DNA of 64,000 bases from Macrostomum lignano. Lineage: Eukaryota. The notes under the pieces are model-generated. The model had not been told where the DNA came from. It searched no databases and was given only the letters and a program-made list of their open reading frames with translations. Positions 25,175-38,119 of this stretch are shown piece by piece. Each line of letters opens with the position of its first letter. Within the stretch, counting starts at the first letter, position 1. The position numbers and the translations under genes are program-made. The stretch covers positions 186,001-250,000 of the forward strand of contig NIVC01000208.1 of NCBI GenBank assembly GCA_002269645.1. The letters are read 5' to 3'.

Positions 25175-25718
25175 TACCAACCAGTCAAAGGCGTCGAAGG
25201 CTACGACAAGACAACCTCAGAAATACGGAATGAACTCGAAAGACTCATGACAAGGGTAGGACAAAAGAAGGCCATTTTCATCGGGGGCGACTTCAATGCA
25301 TCAGTAGGAAGCAACAATACAAGAATGAACCCGAAATCTGGAACCCCGTTCACCTGCATAGGAAAATGCAACATGCAAACGGCTAACGAACAAGGAATAG
25401 ATTTAATGCTGTGGATGGAAGAGTGGAACCTGGTATGGACAAGCTCCTTCTTCAAGCAAAAGTAGGGGGCACTTGGAAACACCCAAAAACGAAGAGATGG
25501 TACGAACTGGACGGTTTCCTGGTAAGAAAAGACCAGAGGCACAAGACCGTGAGAAAAGTGTACACGGACCACAGCCCGAACCTATCAGATCACCTACCGA
25601 AGGTCTTTTGGATACACCCGAACTTGACAAACAAATCAAGAAGATCATCAAGAAGAACAAGGCGACAGCGATAAAGAAGCAAAAGAGGAAGAGGATCCAG
25701 TGGGAAAAACTAATTTAA
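25175..25718 (+). mobile_element. RTE-like LINE fragment (3' half of APE endonuclease)
   Basis: IFIGGDFNASVG, NEQG..LM..MEE.NLVWTSSFF, TWKHPKTKRWYELDGFLV, SDH; contains stop/frameshift. Confidence 0.75.
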
Positions 25719-26516
25719 TCAGGTCAGATATGCGAAGCCAAGCTGTTGCTGCTGGAGTTGCAACCAAACTTACTGATGCGCAAATTGCCTAAAATTTGAT
25801 TCTAGAGCACTCTGCTCAGCCATTTCCAGTATTCATCAACGTTCAATGAGGCTTTTTAAGTTAAACTAGAGTAGTAGGGAAGATATGCTTTTGCCCTACT
25901 GTCAGTAGTTAAAGCCAGGGAAAATATTCATGGTAGCGTTAGATCGCAAATTTGCGGCTTTCTTATAATTATTTATAAGTTCTTTGTTGTTTTCCTTTAT
26001 TCTGGTTGCCTTGGTAACCAACAAGCTTTAAAGTATTGAGATACTACAGGTATCCACAGTGTGGGCCTTCGGGTATCTCTTGCTTCACTGCGAGTTGGCA
26101 TCTGGGGTGGCCACCTACCTGGCGTTCGGCACTGGCATCAGCAGCAGCATCGCTCTTCGAGCAGGCACTTCTCGGCGGCTCTCGGCTTCGGCGACTCTCA
26201 GCGGCTTTCGGCAGCTCGGCTCGACGGCTCGGCGGCTCAGCTGCGGCTTCAGGCGGCGCCAGGCTTCGCCCAGCGGTCTGCAACCGGCAGGCCGCCGGCC
26301 GGCGGCGCGCGACTTCTGCAACGAGGCACCAGGCAGCTGCTGTATAGGTTTTTTAGTAGCGAAGCAGAATAAGGACATTCTTTTGTATTTAGCCGACCTA
26401 GGCCTACTATTAGTAGTATTATTTGAGTTTTAATTTTATTTATACAGTTTTAAGTTTTAAGTTTTAATTTGTTTTAAGGATTTATCTTGTAACTAGGCTA
26501 CTGTTTTAAAAGCCTT

Positions 26517-27892
26517 ATGGAAGTTGAAAATAGCAGCAAATGGTGCTCACGTGACACTGACTCGCCGCCGTCTGTGTCGACTAAGATCCGGGCAGCGAAC
26601 AATGCTCTCACCCTCAAACGCGCCACTGCCGGAGACTCCGCCTCGAACTGGTACCTCAAAAGGTGAGCGGCCTCCTTCTAAAAGGGATAGAATAGAAATC
26701 TTGAAAGTTGAAGGCGAAACTACCATCATTAGGCTACCGAAACCTGACAAAACTGACAGCAAAGCTTACAACTTACCAAACAACTGCAACATTAGCTATC
26801 ATCCATCAGCTTTAAAAAATTGTGACAGTCAAATTTTGAAGATCCTCACTGATGAGATCCAGGCGAAAGCCTTCCACCACCACACCAACGGTCGACCGGA
26901 AGCCCGGAAGATTGTTTGGTTCGGGCCCGAATACTCGTATGATGGTACCAAAATTAGTGCCAATGACAACTGGCATCCACTCGTCATCAGTCTTGCCACC
27001 TGGCTCAGCGTCGAGTTCCAGCTACCTGTCTTTAACTCCTGTTTGATCAACTTTTATAAAGACGGGTCGATCAACATCCCCTGGCACTCTGATGACGAGG
27101 CAGAGCTAGGGCCTAACCCAACAATAGCATCCATTTCGTTTGGCGCAGCGCGCGACTTTCACATGCGCGCCAAAGGCTCTACTAACATAGCCTGGTCTCA
27201 AAGACTCGCCAGTGGCTCGCTGCTGGTAATGAGCGGTGCTACTCAATCACACCTCCAACACGCGGTCCTCAAGGACCCCAAAGTCAAAGAGCTCAGAGTC
27301 AACCTTACGTTTAGACTCACGCACGACGCCAGATTTCCGGAAGAACTTCCTGTCTCTGCCCAGTCAAACCCTTGTGTGAAACCGATCGAAAACAGCATCA
27401 CTTGCGATCTTGACGATGAGGACTCGGTTCGCCGCAGAGCAGAGCTGGAAACAGAGCTCCAACCGTGCCGCCGCCGCTGCCGCCGCCGCCGCTGCCTCTG
27501 CCGCTAGCGATACCCCACCAGCCGAAGCGCCGGCGAGTCGACCTGCTCTGACCAATCCGGCGGCAATCCAAATCTCCGCCAATCCGCCCACGCTGCCGGC
27601 AGTTGCCTCGGACTCCGTGGCCGCGCCCAATCTAGGAGTTGAAAACGCCAATGACACGCGCAAATCAAGTGAGAGGGGCCTAATCTCCCGGATGGGGGTG
27701 CTCGAGGTTGTACTTCAGGCACTCACTCGGCTCATGGGCACTAATCCGGGGCAGATGCTCACTGAATGGGAAGCGGGGCAACTCGCGATCCAGGCAGTGA
27801 CTGAAGTCCTGGCAGCACTCAGGAATCGAAGGGGACCTGATTCAGGGACAGGGGACACCGAAGCCGCGCAAGCGGGCGGAGGTGAAACCTGA
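26517..27892 (+). pseudogene. Copy 1 ORF1: N-terminus + AlkB (2OG-Fe(II) dioxygenase, ALKBH2/3-like) + C-terminal helical domain; frameshifted
   Basis: ATG 26517 (MEVENSSKWCSRDTDSPP, homologous to copy 4 start); NSCLINFY, WHSDDE (27082), QHAV, RVNLTFR (27295-27315); C-terminus in ORF 27410-27892. Confidence 0.88.
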
Positions 27893-27923
27893 ACCTGACA
27901 ATTAAATTACGTTTAGCGTTAAC

Positions 27924-30385
27924 TTGATATCAAATTTAAACTCATCTAATAATTCCCCTGATAATAATGGGCCGGGTAAACAGTCTGTTGTGCGGGACAC
28001 TCTGAACATTGGACATCTCAACTGCAACGGGCTTAGCAACAAATTCTATGAGATAATATCCTGGATCAACAAAGAAGACTTAGACATTGGGCTTTTCTCT
28101 GAAACATTCCTAGAGAAAAAAATAAATTTTACTTACCAGGGTATGCCACGCTCCGGTTTGACGTCCCTAACTGTAGAAGAGGACTTGCAGTTGTCTATAA
28201 AAATCATTTAGAAATTATGAATGTTGAAAAAATTTTTGACAACTGCAACCACGAGCTTATCACTTTTGAAGTTCATCTTAAAAATAACAAACTTAAGCAA
28301 TTTAACGTGGTCCTCTTCTACAGGAACCCGACTCCAACACGGCTTAACACCCAACTTCTTGACCATTTATTCTCTAATCCCTCGACCTTAGTTGTCGGGG
28401 ACTTTAACTGCAACCACCCAGCCCTCGGGGGTGACTCCCAAACTAACTATCCTGGCAAGCAGCTGTTTGATAGGCTTGACTCGCATCCAAACCCACCAAC
28501 CATTCTTAACGATTATGGGGACTGTACCAGAGTCAGCTACCGTAGTGGCTCAGTCCTTAGGAACGTGCTTGATCAAAGAATTTGTTCCCCGGAGCTAATT
28601 AAACATACCAGCAACGTTATTGTGGGAGAAGATCTAGATAGCGACCACCTCCCCATTATCATTAAAATTTATTTAGATCCTGACTGTAAACTGAGCAAAA
28701 AACCCACTAAAAGCTTTTGGAACACTGACTGGGAAACCTTTAGAGGGACCCTTCAGGATAAACTTAGCAACCATCAGCTTCTCAGTCGCAGATTCTCCAC
28801 ACCTGAGGACCTAGACAAAGCGGTTGATCTGCTAAATCAGTGCATTCATGACACCATTGAGGATGTTGTACCCAACCGGGGCCCTAGGGAACAGCTTCCC
28901 CAAGATATTATTAACAAAATTAAGCATAGGAGGAAACTTAGAAAATTATTCAAAAAAACTAGAATAGACGACTTCAGGGTTCAAGCCAATCAAGCAGCTA
29001 AAGAAATTCGAAATGCTATACGCATGCATAGATATAGGAAATTCGAGGATCTATGCCACAAAGTTGCCGAAAATAGTTATAAAAAGGAACCCAAAAAATT
29101 TTGGATTGACATCAAAAAGATGACAGGAGAAAGGTCCAAAATGATCAACTATCCCCTTCTAGTCTACAAAGATTCGCATGCCGAGACTGAGGCAGAAAAA
29201 GCTTCACTCTTCAGCGACTTTCTTAAAGATCAAATGCAATCTCACCCCAACCACGACTCGCTAATCTATGAAAAGGTCAGTAAGTACAAAGATCATGAGA
29301 TCTTCAAAACCCATAACAATATAATTGCGGCACTTTCATACCATAAAGAGCACGCGAACCCAGATAATCTAGATAAAGAAGATATCGAAAACGATATCCT
29401 TAACATTACTGACCAGGACGTGCTCTGGGAAAGCAGAAAACTTAGGTCAGGAGGAGCTCACGGTCCGGATAGAATTCCTAACATGGTTTTGAAATATGGT
29501 CTCGGCCCAGACTCCATCAGAGCGCTCGCAAAAATTTACAACTCTAGTTTTCTCATAGGATACTTCCCTAAACAATGGAAAAAGGCCATCATTAGGATGA
29601 TCCCTAAACCAAACAAATCCAAAAATCTCGTGGAAAGCTATAGACCCATCAGCCTAACATCAGCCAAAGTCCGCTTTAGTCAGTTCGCTGACGACTTAGC
29701 AGTATGGGCCTCTGCCACAAAATCTACGATGTCCGCTAAAAGGCTTAACTCCTACTTTATTGTCCTCAAAAAGTGGCTTGACAATTTGGGCATTGTCATC
29801 AATCCCTCCAAAAGCAAAGCCATTTCCTTTTTCAAAGCTAATGGGAACAAGACAGGTCCAGACGATCCTCCAATTAAACTTGGACAAGACAAAATCAAGT
29901 ACTATGATTCCGTCACCTTCCTAGGGATGGTTCTTGACAAACAGCTTAACTTTAGGGCCCATATCGACAAGGTAGCTGGGTCTTCGACAGCCAAAATGGC
30001 TGCCCTAGCTAGGATAGCTAAGAACTCCAGGATTTCGCAACTGGCTCTTCGCCTCATCTATAGATCTTACATTGAAAGCACAATGACTTACGGCGCTCCG
30101 GTGCTCATCAATCTACTGGCTTCCCTGGTTAACAAGCTACAAATTCTGCAAAATAAGGCTCTTCGCCTCTCTATAGATGCTCCGCCTTATACTAAAATCA
30201 CATACTTACACCAGGTCACAAAGATTGACATCATGGTTCAGGATCGACTCCTCTATCTTGCTAAAAAATGGTACAAAAAAGCCCTGGAGAGTGAAATCCA
30301 TGGGTTCAAAAATGACACCAAAGAATGGGCCAGGCCAGGGTTCAGGGTCCCCTTTACTACTAAACTCAGACAAATTACGAGATGA
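27924..30385 (+). pseudogene. Copy 1 ORF2: APE endonuclease + reverse transcriptase (internally deleted), one frameshift ~28135
   Basis: IGHLNCNGL, FSET, VGDFNC, SDHLP; GPDRIPN, YRPISLTS joined directly to KVRFSQFADD (29684); FLGMVLD; LQNKALR. Confidence 0.92.
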
Positions 30386-32146
30386 TTAACGCTAATGTGA
30401 TTCATTCTAAAACTCGAGCGCCTCTGTCCGGGGTCGGGAATACTAATGATACTCGTAATGCTATGCTAACCACTTGTCATTCAAAGTACAGTACCAATCA
30501 CACCCTGTTTTTACGTTTATACCCTCTCACAGTATTATCTTTTATACCCTTTCTCTAGCAAGTTTTACATTATACACCCAAAATGTTGTTTATTGTGGGG
30601 CCAGGTCCACTAACTATCATTATAACTAAGACAGAATATCTGAATGTTGGACTTACCGGTTGGGCTTGCTTTGTTGGGATGCTGTTGAATAGTTTGCAAA
30701 ACCCTTGCAAACAACTAGAGGTACAAATAGGGGTAGGGACCTCTATACTTACGACATTCACTATGTCCTCCCAGGAAATCCTTCGTTTTCGTAAGGTTAA
30801 CTAACATAGGCAGGTTCCTATATCATAGCGGTGTCTACCTACTCTCAATAGTAGTAAATAATCTGGCCTCAATTTTTATACCAAAACACTCAAAACATTA
30901 TTGCTTTGTGATTCACTGTACATATTTACACCCCAATATTTGTTTTAGTTTTATCAATCATATTTATTTATATTTATTTGTTTTACTCAATACTTCAACC
31001 ATCTGCTTTAAATTGTCTCTATATTGATTAATTGAACCCTTTTATTTGTTTTAAGTTTTTAAATGTAATTATTGTATTATTTATTAGAAAATATTTGTTT
31101 TATTTCTCCAACTCGAACAAAATACTAAATGTATCGCTCAAACTGGAAACCAAAAAAATAAATTAGTTGCGTAAGAGCCCTCCCCAGGGCTGATGCGCAG
31201 GGCCCCTTGACAGCCCCTACTTACCAAATGAAAAATAGTTTTCCTTTATTCTTCCCCTCCCCAAGCCTTGCGCGCACTGCCGTCGTCCCGGCCGGTCTGA
31301 TTACTGCTCTAAATTCGCTTCAAAACTACCTAAAGTAAGTTCATTGTAAATTCTGTCTTCACTTCTATATTAATAAATTTATTTTTCTTCTCGTTTTCCT
31401 GGGCCTTTAGTATGTCTTAGGGACTTTTTCTCTAGTTAGCAACCTCTTTTGCTCTCTATTTATTTTAATTCGGGTTCTTAAGCTTTAGGGATCCTCTTCA
31501 CGGGTTGGGTCTAGGACGCGCTGTCCTCTGAGTTAGCTTAGCGTTTTTATTTAATTCCTTTTTTTGCTCAATTCTTTGGCTTCGGCCTGGGGGAACCCCT
31601 GCTCAAATTTTTTCTTAATTCGTCTCTTTTTGTGCATTTTTGCAAAATTTACTAGCAATTTGCATTTACACTATTTTTGAACCTTAGTAGTCTAAATTAG
31701 GTATTACTATCTTTTCTTGTGTTAGCACATCAAAATTCTCTAAATTTTTTCTAATCTATTTCCTCTAATTTAGGAACTTCTCTCTTTTTGCCTTCTTCCT
31801 AGATCATTAGTCAGTAAGGTTTTTTTGCTATTCTTTGCCTTCTTTATCTAAATTAATTATTTCGATCTATAATTTACTTATATTTAAATCACCGGTTTTC
31901 CTTTTCTTCTTCATTATTCTAAACGAGACAGTGCGTGTAGGGCTTGCGGACGATATTAACCCGCTCTGACAATTGCTTGAACTGCTGACATTTACCTTGA
32001 ACTGATTTATTATATTAAATTGCTTTACATTTATTTAGAACTGCCCCTGTTTTACTAGTTTTATAGCTAATTGGTCTCCCTGTTTTATATTGACCACTCA
32101 TCTACCTCCATTAGAATACTGTTTTAATTAGTTAACTAGCATTGTC

Positions 32147-34210
32147 ATGAGCACTATCAAAGAAACTGACATCACCGATAACAGGAAGAGGCCAGCGCGA
32201 GACACCTCGTCACCAGCTACTGCTGCTCCTACTAAAAAGCCTAACATGCGAGCCTCAGCTGGACCTACCGACAACAGAGCAACACCGGCCAGACGGACAT
32301 CTCTGCCAGATGCCTCTCCAGGATCAGCTGATGGCGGCTCTGCTTCCAGGCAGCCTCCGGCAGCGTGTTCAAGCCTGAAATACGACATAAACAACTTGGC
32401 AATTTTAAGCATTCCCAAGCCAGACAGGACTAATGAAAAAACTGTTACTCTACAGCAAAACTGCATCATCACTTATGCGCCGAACGCGGTAAAAAGCTCA
32501 GAAACCACTCTCTTCAACATAATAATGAAAGACATCGCTCCAAGTGCCTACCACCACCACTCAAACGGAAAACCGGAGGCCCGTCAGATCGCCTGGTTTG
32601 GGCCCAGCTACACCTACGGTGGATCAAAAATCGAGGCCAATGACAACTGGCATGCTGCAATAGTTCGACTAGTCACGTGGCTCCACCTCGAATACAAACT
32701 GCCACTATTCAATTCCTGCCTAGTTAATTTTTATAAAGACGGCAACATCGGTATTCCTTGGCACTCTGACGATGAAAAGGAACTTGGAGAGGATCCGATC
32801 ATCGCCTCAGTGTCACTCGGAGCCGCCCGAGACTTTCAAGTTCGCTCAAAATCTTCTCCAACTAACATAGTATTTTCGCAAAAGCTAAGCAGCGGCAGCC
32901 TCTTAATAATGAGCGGTGGCACTCAGCCTTATCTACAACATACCGTACCTAAAGATCCCAGATGCAAAGATATGCGAATCAACCTAACATTCCGATTAAC
33001 TAAAGACGACAGAATCTCCGCCGCGGACACTCCAACGCCTAATCCGTGCGTCCGGTTCACACAAGACCAAATTTCTTGCGACCTGGACGACGAGGAATCC
33101 ATCAGGCGAAAAGCAGAAGAGGAGGCCGCCAACTTGGAAAAAATTAAGCTAAATTCTACAATCAAGGACTCCAAAGCAAAATCAGGCAGCAAAGTGGCAG
33201 ACGCCTCTCAGGCAGTCACAGCTCAAGCGAATCCTCAAGCATCAAGCAATCAAACCAAGGCATCAAGCAATCAAAATCTAGCAACACAGCAATCAAGCAT
33301 TCAAGACACAGCTACTAAGCAAACCAATAACCAAGGCGTTGAACAACAACCAAGCAACCAAAGCACCCAGCAACAAACAGAAAAAAGTATACCGGCAGCC
33401 AGTACAGCTGACCAGGCAACCAACAACAACAAAGCTAACCAAGAAGAAAAAGAAAAAACACGTAGAACGTAGACGTAGAAATTAAAATGTGCCAACTGCA
33501 GTGGTGAGCACACGTCGTATTCTCACAAATGCCCAGTAGCTATTAGGGCACATCGCCTGGCAACTGAAAGGGAGCGCGAGAGGGTGCACAGTCTACGACA
33601 ACAGTACGACTACGACTGATATCAGCAAAACTTACCAGAAGCCTTTCCGAGGCCGCAACAGTTCTCCTACTCTGCAGCAGCAAGCCGATCAGCTGTGACA
33701 AGCCAACTGCCTCCAATGTACAACGCGTGCCCGGCTGGTCCCCCTGCGGCGGTCTCGGCGATGGCCTCTGCAGCGGTTGACCCGGCAACCGAGCCTGCAT
33801 CCCACCCCGCGGCGGTCCAGGCGATGGCCTCCGTGGAGGTCGTCCCGGTTCTGGCCCCTGCAGTGGCTCAGGCGACAGCCCCTGCAGCGGTGGCCTCAGG
33901 CGCGGGGTCAGCATCGACTGTTAACCAGACCGAGCCGGTGACCTACGGACCGAAGGCGAGTTGGGCCAAACCAAATTATGCGGCCACCAATTATAACCAT
34001 ACCAAAAACAGTAGCTCAAAAATTTACTCACAAACAGATATTCTCAGGCTGGCCATGAGGGCCTTGAGTAGCATCCTGGAGATGGGCTCGGGGCTTCTCT
34101 GCGACGCACAGATTGCGGGGGAACTCGCAGTCCACGTTGTCATTGAGGTCCTGGGCTCACTCTCGGAGCTACAGGGTCAGGGAGCTGATGGTGGGGCAGC
34201 TGCATGGTAA
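32147..34210 (+). pseudogene. Copy 2 ORF1: AlkB + Q/S/T linker + single remaining CCHC knuckle + C-terminal domain
   Basis: Open 441-aa frame with WHSDDE (32762), QHTV, RINLTFR; then KCANCSGEHTSYSHKC (~33485); C-terminus in ORF 33695-34210. Confidence 0.9.
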
Positions 34211-34263
34211 GCTGTTCACCTTCAGGCCCCGAACTACTTGTTACCTGAAACTTAAGAGCGCGC

Positions 34264-37158
34264 ATGTCAGTGTGTGACAGTAACAGTCACAGCTCAGTTA
34301 CCAAGAATGGTTCGAGGGTAAACAACTGCTCTACTACGCTGAAAGTGGGGCATTTAAACTGTAACACGATTTCAAATAAGCTGCATGAGGTTATAGGGTG
34401 GGTTCGAGACGAAAACATTGATATAGGCCTTTTTTCCGAGACCTGTCTGACCAAGGACAATAATTTCTTCATACAGGGATACGCCATCCTGAGACTAGAC
34501 GTTCCAGACTGCAGGCGCGGGCTTGCCATTGCTTACAAGAGTCATCTTATTATTGACGGGGTTAAAAAGTATTTTGATAGTCAAACTCATGAGTATATCA
34601 AGTTTTCAGTGCATCTCCCTGGCAACTCTTTCAGGAAGTTTGATATCACGCTGTTCTATAGGGCCCCCGGGCTCCCCGACTGTCTTAAGACGGATCTGCT
34701 TGAGCAGTGTCTATCCTCCCCATACTCCCTTCTGTTAGGAGATCTCAACTGCAGGCATGGGTTTCTTGGTGGTGATAGTGCTCAAAATTACCCTGGGAGG
34801 CAGCTTTTTGATTGGCTCGATTCGCATGCGGATCCCCCTGTCGTTCTCAACAAGTTCGGGGATTACACGCGGATCTATAACCGCTCTGGTAAAAACCTAG
34901 GCAATGTGATTGACCTAGCTATGTGCACTAGCAGGCTAGCTCCCTTCTCCAGTGAGGTCTCTGTGGGTGAAGATCTAGACAGTGACCATCTTCCCATAGT
35001 TGTATCTCTGTCCATTGATCCCGCTTGCCACAAGGCAAAGCTCCCGCTCAAAAGCTTCGGGAAGACTGATTGGGAGTCCTTCAGATTCTCGCTACAGGAC
35101 AAGCTTGACAACATCAGAATTCTAAAATCTGATATCTCTACCCCTGAAGAGATCGACCAAGTCGTGGACAATCTGTCTTCGGCTATCACTGACACCATCA
35201 ATAAGGTGGTCCCTGACAGAGACCCCAGAGAGCAACTCCCACCGGACATAGTTAGAAAAATTAAGCACAGGAGGCATCTTAGAAAATGCTTCAAGAAGAC
35301 TAGGGACGATACGTTCAGGATTCTTGCCAATCAGGCGGCCAAAGATATCAGAGTAGCTATCAAGAATCACAGATACAAAAAGTATGAAGATCTCTGCAAA
35401 AAGATAGCCAAAAATAGTTATCGTCACGAACCACGTCGCGACGATAACTATGGAAGACGTGAAAAAGATGACTGGCGAAGCCAAGAAAAGGATAATCTAC
35501 CCTACACTGAAGCATAATGACGCCACTGCAGAAACAGAGGCTGAAAAAGCGAACCTTTTCAGAAATTTTCTTGACTCCCAAATGCAACCCAAGCCTAAGC
35601 CTGGGACTGAGTACTATAACAAAGTCATCAATGCTCGATCGCGAGAAATCTTCAAGCCCCATGAGGGGATCTTTCAGGTTCTGTCCTACTTTAGACAAAA
35701 CCAGGCTGTTGAGGGCAACAATCAAGAAGTGTCTGAGGCTGACCTTCTTGAGATCATAAACATAGATGTTACAATGGCTATAAGCAGTCTTCGGCTCGGG
35801 GGAGCCCCAGGCCCCGATAAGATCCCCAATGTCGTCCTCAAGAAGGGCCTGAGCCCCAACTCCATCAGGGTGCTTACTAAGCTGTTCAATACTTGCTCCC
35901 TGCTTGGGTACTTTCCCAAAGCCTGGAAAAAGGGAACCATAAAGATGATTCCCAAACCCGACAAACCCAAAGGTCAAATTAACAGCTACCGCCCCATCTG
36001 CCTAACTTCCTGCTTAGGAAAATTATATGAAAAAATACTCGCTAGAAACCTTCGAACCATTCTTGAAAACCGTAACATTATTAGTTCCGATCAATGTGCA
36101 TATCGCCAAGATCACTGCACCTTTGACAATATAGTCAGGATCACAGATGGCGTTCTAAAAATGCTGCAGCTTGGGCAATACACCCTTGGTGTCTTTTTTG
36201 ATGTTAAGGGCGCCTTTGACGGCGTTTGGCATGACTCGCTACGCCTTGATCTTCTCGACAGTGATCTTCCTCACAGCCTCACGAGGTCCATTTCTAGCTA
36301 CCTTGACGACAGAGAAGTGCTGGTCCAGGTTGGGGGGCCCTGAGTGAGAGCCTCAACCCGGCGGCAGGTGTTCCCCAGGGAGGTGTCCTCTCGCCGCTCC
36401 TCTTCCTGGTTTATGTCAACAAAATTCCGCTTCCTGCTGACAGAAAGGTTCGCATTAGTCAGTACGCAGATGACCTGGCCGTTTGGGCCAGCGCCAGAAC
36501 TTCATCACTTTCTGCTAAGCTGCTAAATGCCTACTTCAAGAAGCTCAAAATCTGGTTAGACGAGGTTGGGATAATTATCAACCCAAATAAGAGCAAAGCT
36601 ATTTCTTTTTTCAAGCCCTTGGGCAATCACCGGACAGGACCTGATAGGCCCCCCTTGCTGCTTGGCAATCAGTCCATTCCTTACTATGACTCTGTGCGTT
36701 TTCTAGGAATTATCCTTGATAAACAGCTCACCTTTAAACCTCATCTCATCAAGGTAATTAATTCTGCGCAGAACAAGCTCCTTGCGCTGCAGCGCCTTGC
36801 TAGTAAGACCAAAATCTCCCAGCAGGGGCTTAGACTGATTTATAGGATGTATATTGAGAGCTGCATAATTTATGGCGCTCCAGTCTTGATACACCTCACG
36901 GATGCTCAACTCAACTAGTTGCAGCTGCTACAGAACAAAGCGCTGAGAACGTCACTAGACGCTCCACTGTGCACTAAAATTAGTTACTTACACTACATCA
37001 CCAAAATGCCGATGATCAAAGAGCGCATTTGGAATCTAGCCAAGCGCTGGTACAGAAACACCGAGATGTCTGGAGTACACAACTTCGACCTAGACACCAA
37101 GAAATGGGATAGGAGAGGGTTCAGGATGCCTGCAGTGGCCCGTCTGAGAAATGTCTAA
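34264..37158 (+). pseudogene. Copy 2 ORF2: APE + full RT, no RNase H (Jockey/I-like)
   Basis: VGHLNCN, LGDLNC, SDHLP; YRPICLTSCLGKLYEK, FDVKGAFDGVWH, GVPQGGVLSPLLF, QYADD (36463-36474), FLGIILD; frameshifts ~35440 and ~36340, stop 36916. Confidence 0.93.
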
Positions 37159-38119
37159 TGTGGCACCCATGCTGTGCTTAGGTTCAACTGTGAGCAGTAT
37201 TGTCAAACAAGAGCAATTATTGATTAAAACCTAACAAACTCTTGATGTAATTGTAAAAAAAAATTGAAATCTCAAATAAATCTGTGATAAAAATTTTTTA
37301 CACCAGAAAATATTCATGACAATACATGTATACAATTTTATTGTACAACTAACAATTATTTCATTTTATGCCATTATTCCAAATATTTAATGCCAATATG
37401 CCAAATATTCAATATACAATAACACTGACGCAACTTTGCCTATACCCCTCGCCTCTTTGTGCTCTGCTTCATCTTCTGTCTCTCTCCCGACTTTGAACTG
37501 TACATGTTTTAATCATCTCTACTGTTTTAATTTGTTTTTACATCTCCTCACAATTTCCTTTTTCGATTTGTTCTAATGCCTTCGTTCTCTTCATCTTCGA
37601 TTCACCTTAGTCAGATTTGTTTTATTGCTTCGATTGCTACTTTATACATTATCTGATACACTGTTTTATTTGTTTTATTTTATGCACTTTTTAACAAAAT
37701 ATTGAAATCGAATGTCAATAAAAACTCGATAACCTACAAATACATTGTGGCGTAAAAGCCGAAAAGGCTGAAGCGCCGGGCCTATTTAAGCCCGAATACT
37801 CAACAATGAATGAATGAATGTTGTTTTCCTTTATTCCGTACCTGCTCAACTTGCTTGCTTAACACCGCCTGCTCTACATTGCCTGCTCTACATCTCCTGG
37901 TGCTCTCCGGCTCTACAGCAGCATCGCACTACGTGCAGGTCCTACATCGGTCTTTATCTGCACCGGCGTCAGCGGCTACGCACTGCGTACTGGTCCTACT
38001 TCTTGGTGGCGGCGGCGGCTCGGTGGCTTGGCTCGGTGGCGGCGCCGTCGGCTCGTGCGAGACAGCGGCTTTTAGCGCCAGACTTAACGCTTTCAAAGAT
38101 GCTTGACTGCTTGACTGCT

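Larger units (their letters stand above)
25986..31237 (+). mobile_element. AlkB-carrying non-LTR retrotransposon, copy 1 (ORF1 lacks RRM/CCHC block; ORF2 has in-frame RT-core deletion)
   Basis: 5' motif gttgttttcctttattc, AlkB ORF1, APE-RT ORF2, AT-rich 3' UTR, conserved 3' hairpins 31168-31221. Confidence 0.9.
31238..37819 (+). mobile_element. AlkB-carrying non-LTR retrotransposon, copy 2 (only copy with a complete RT; several frameshifts/stops)
   Basis: 5' motif gttttcctttattc; ORF1 32147; ORF2 34264-37158; 3' hairpins 37749-37800 and (AATG)n tail. Confidence 0.92.

Noticed and set aside
26524-27507. Host ALKBH2/ALKBH3 gene or processed pseudogene
   Set aside because: Four diverged copies are each embedded in ORF1 of an APE-RT element between conserved element termini; this fits element cargo, though host origin of the domain remains possible
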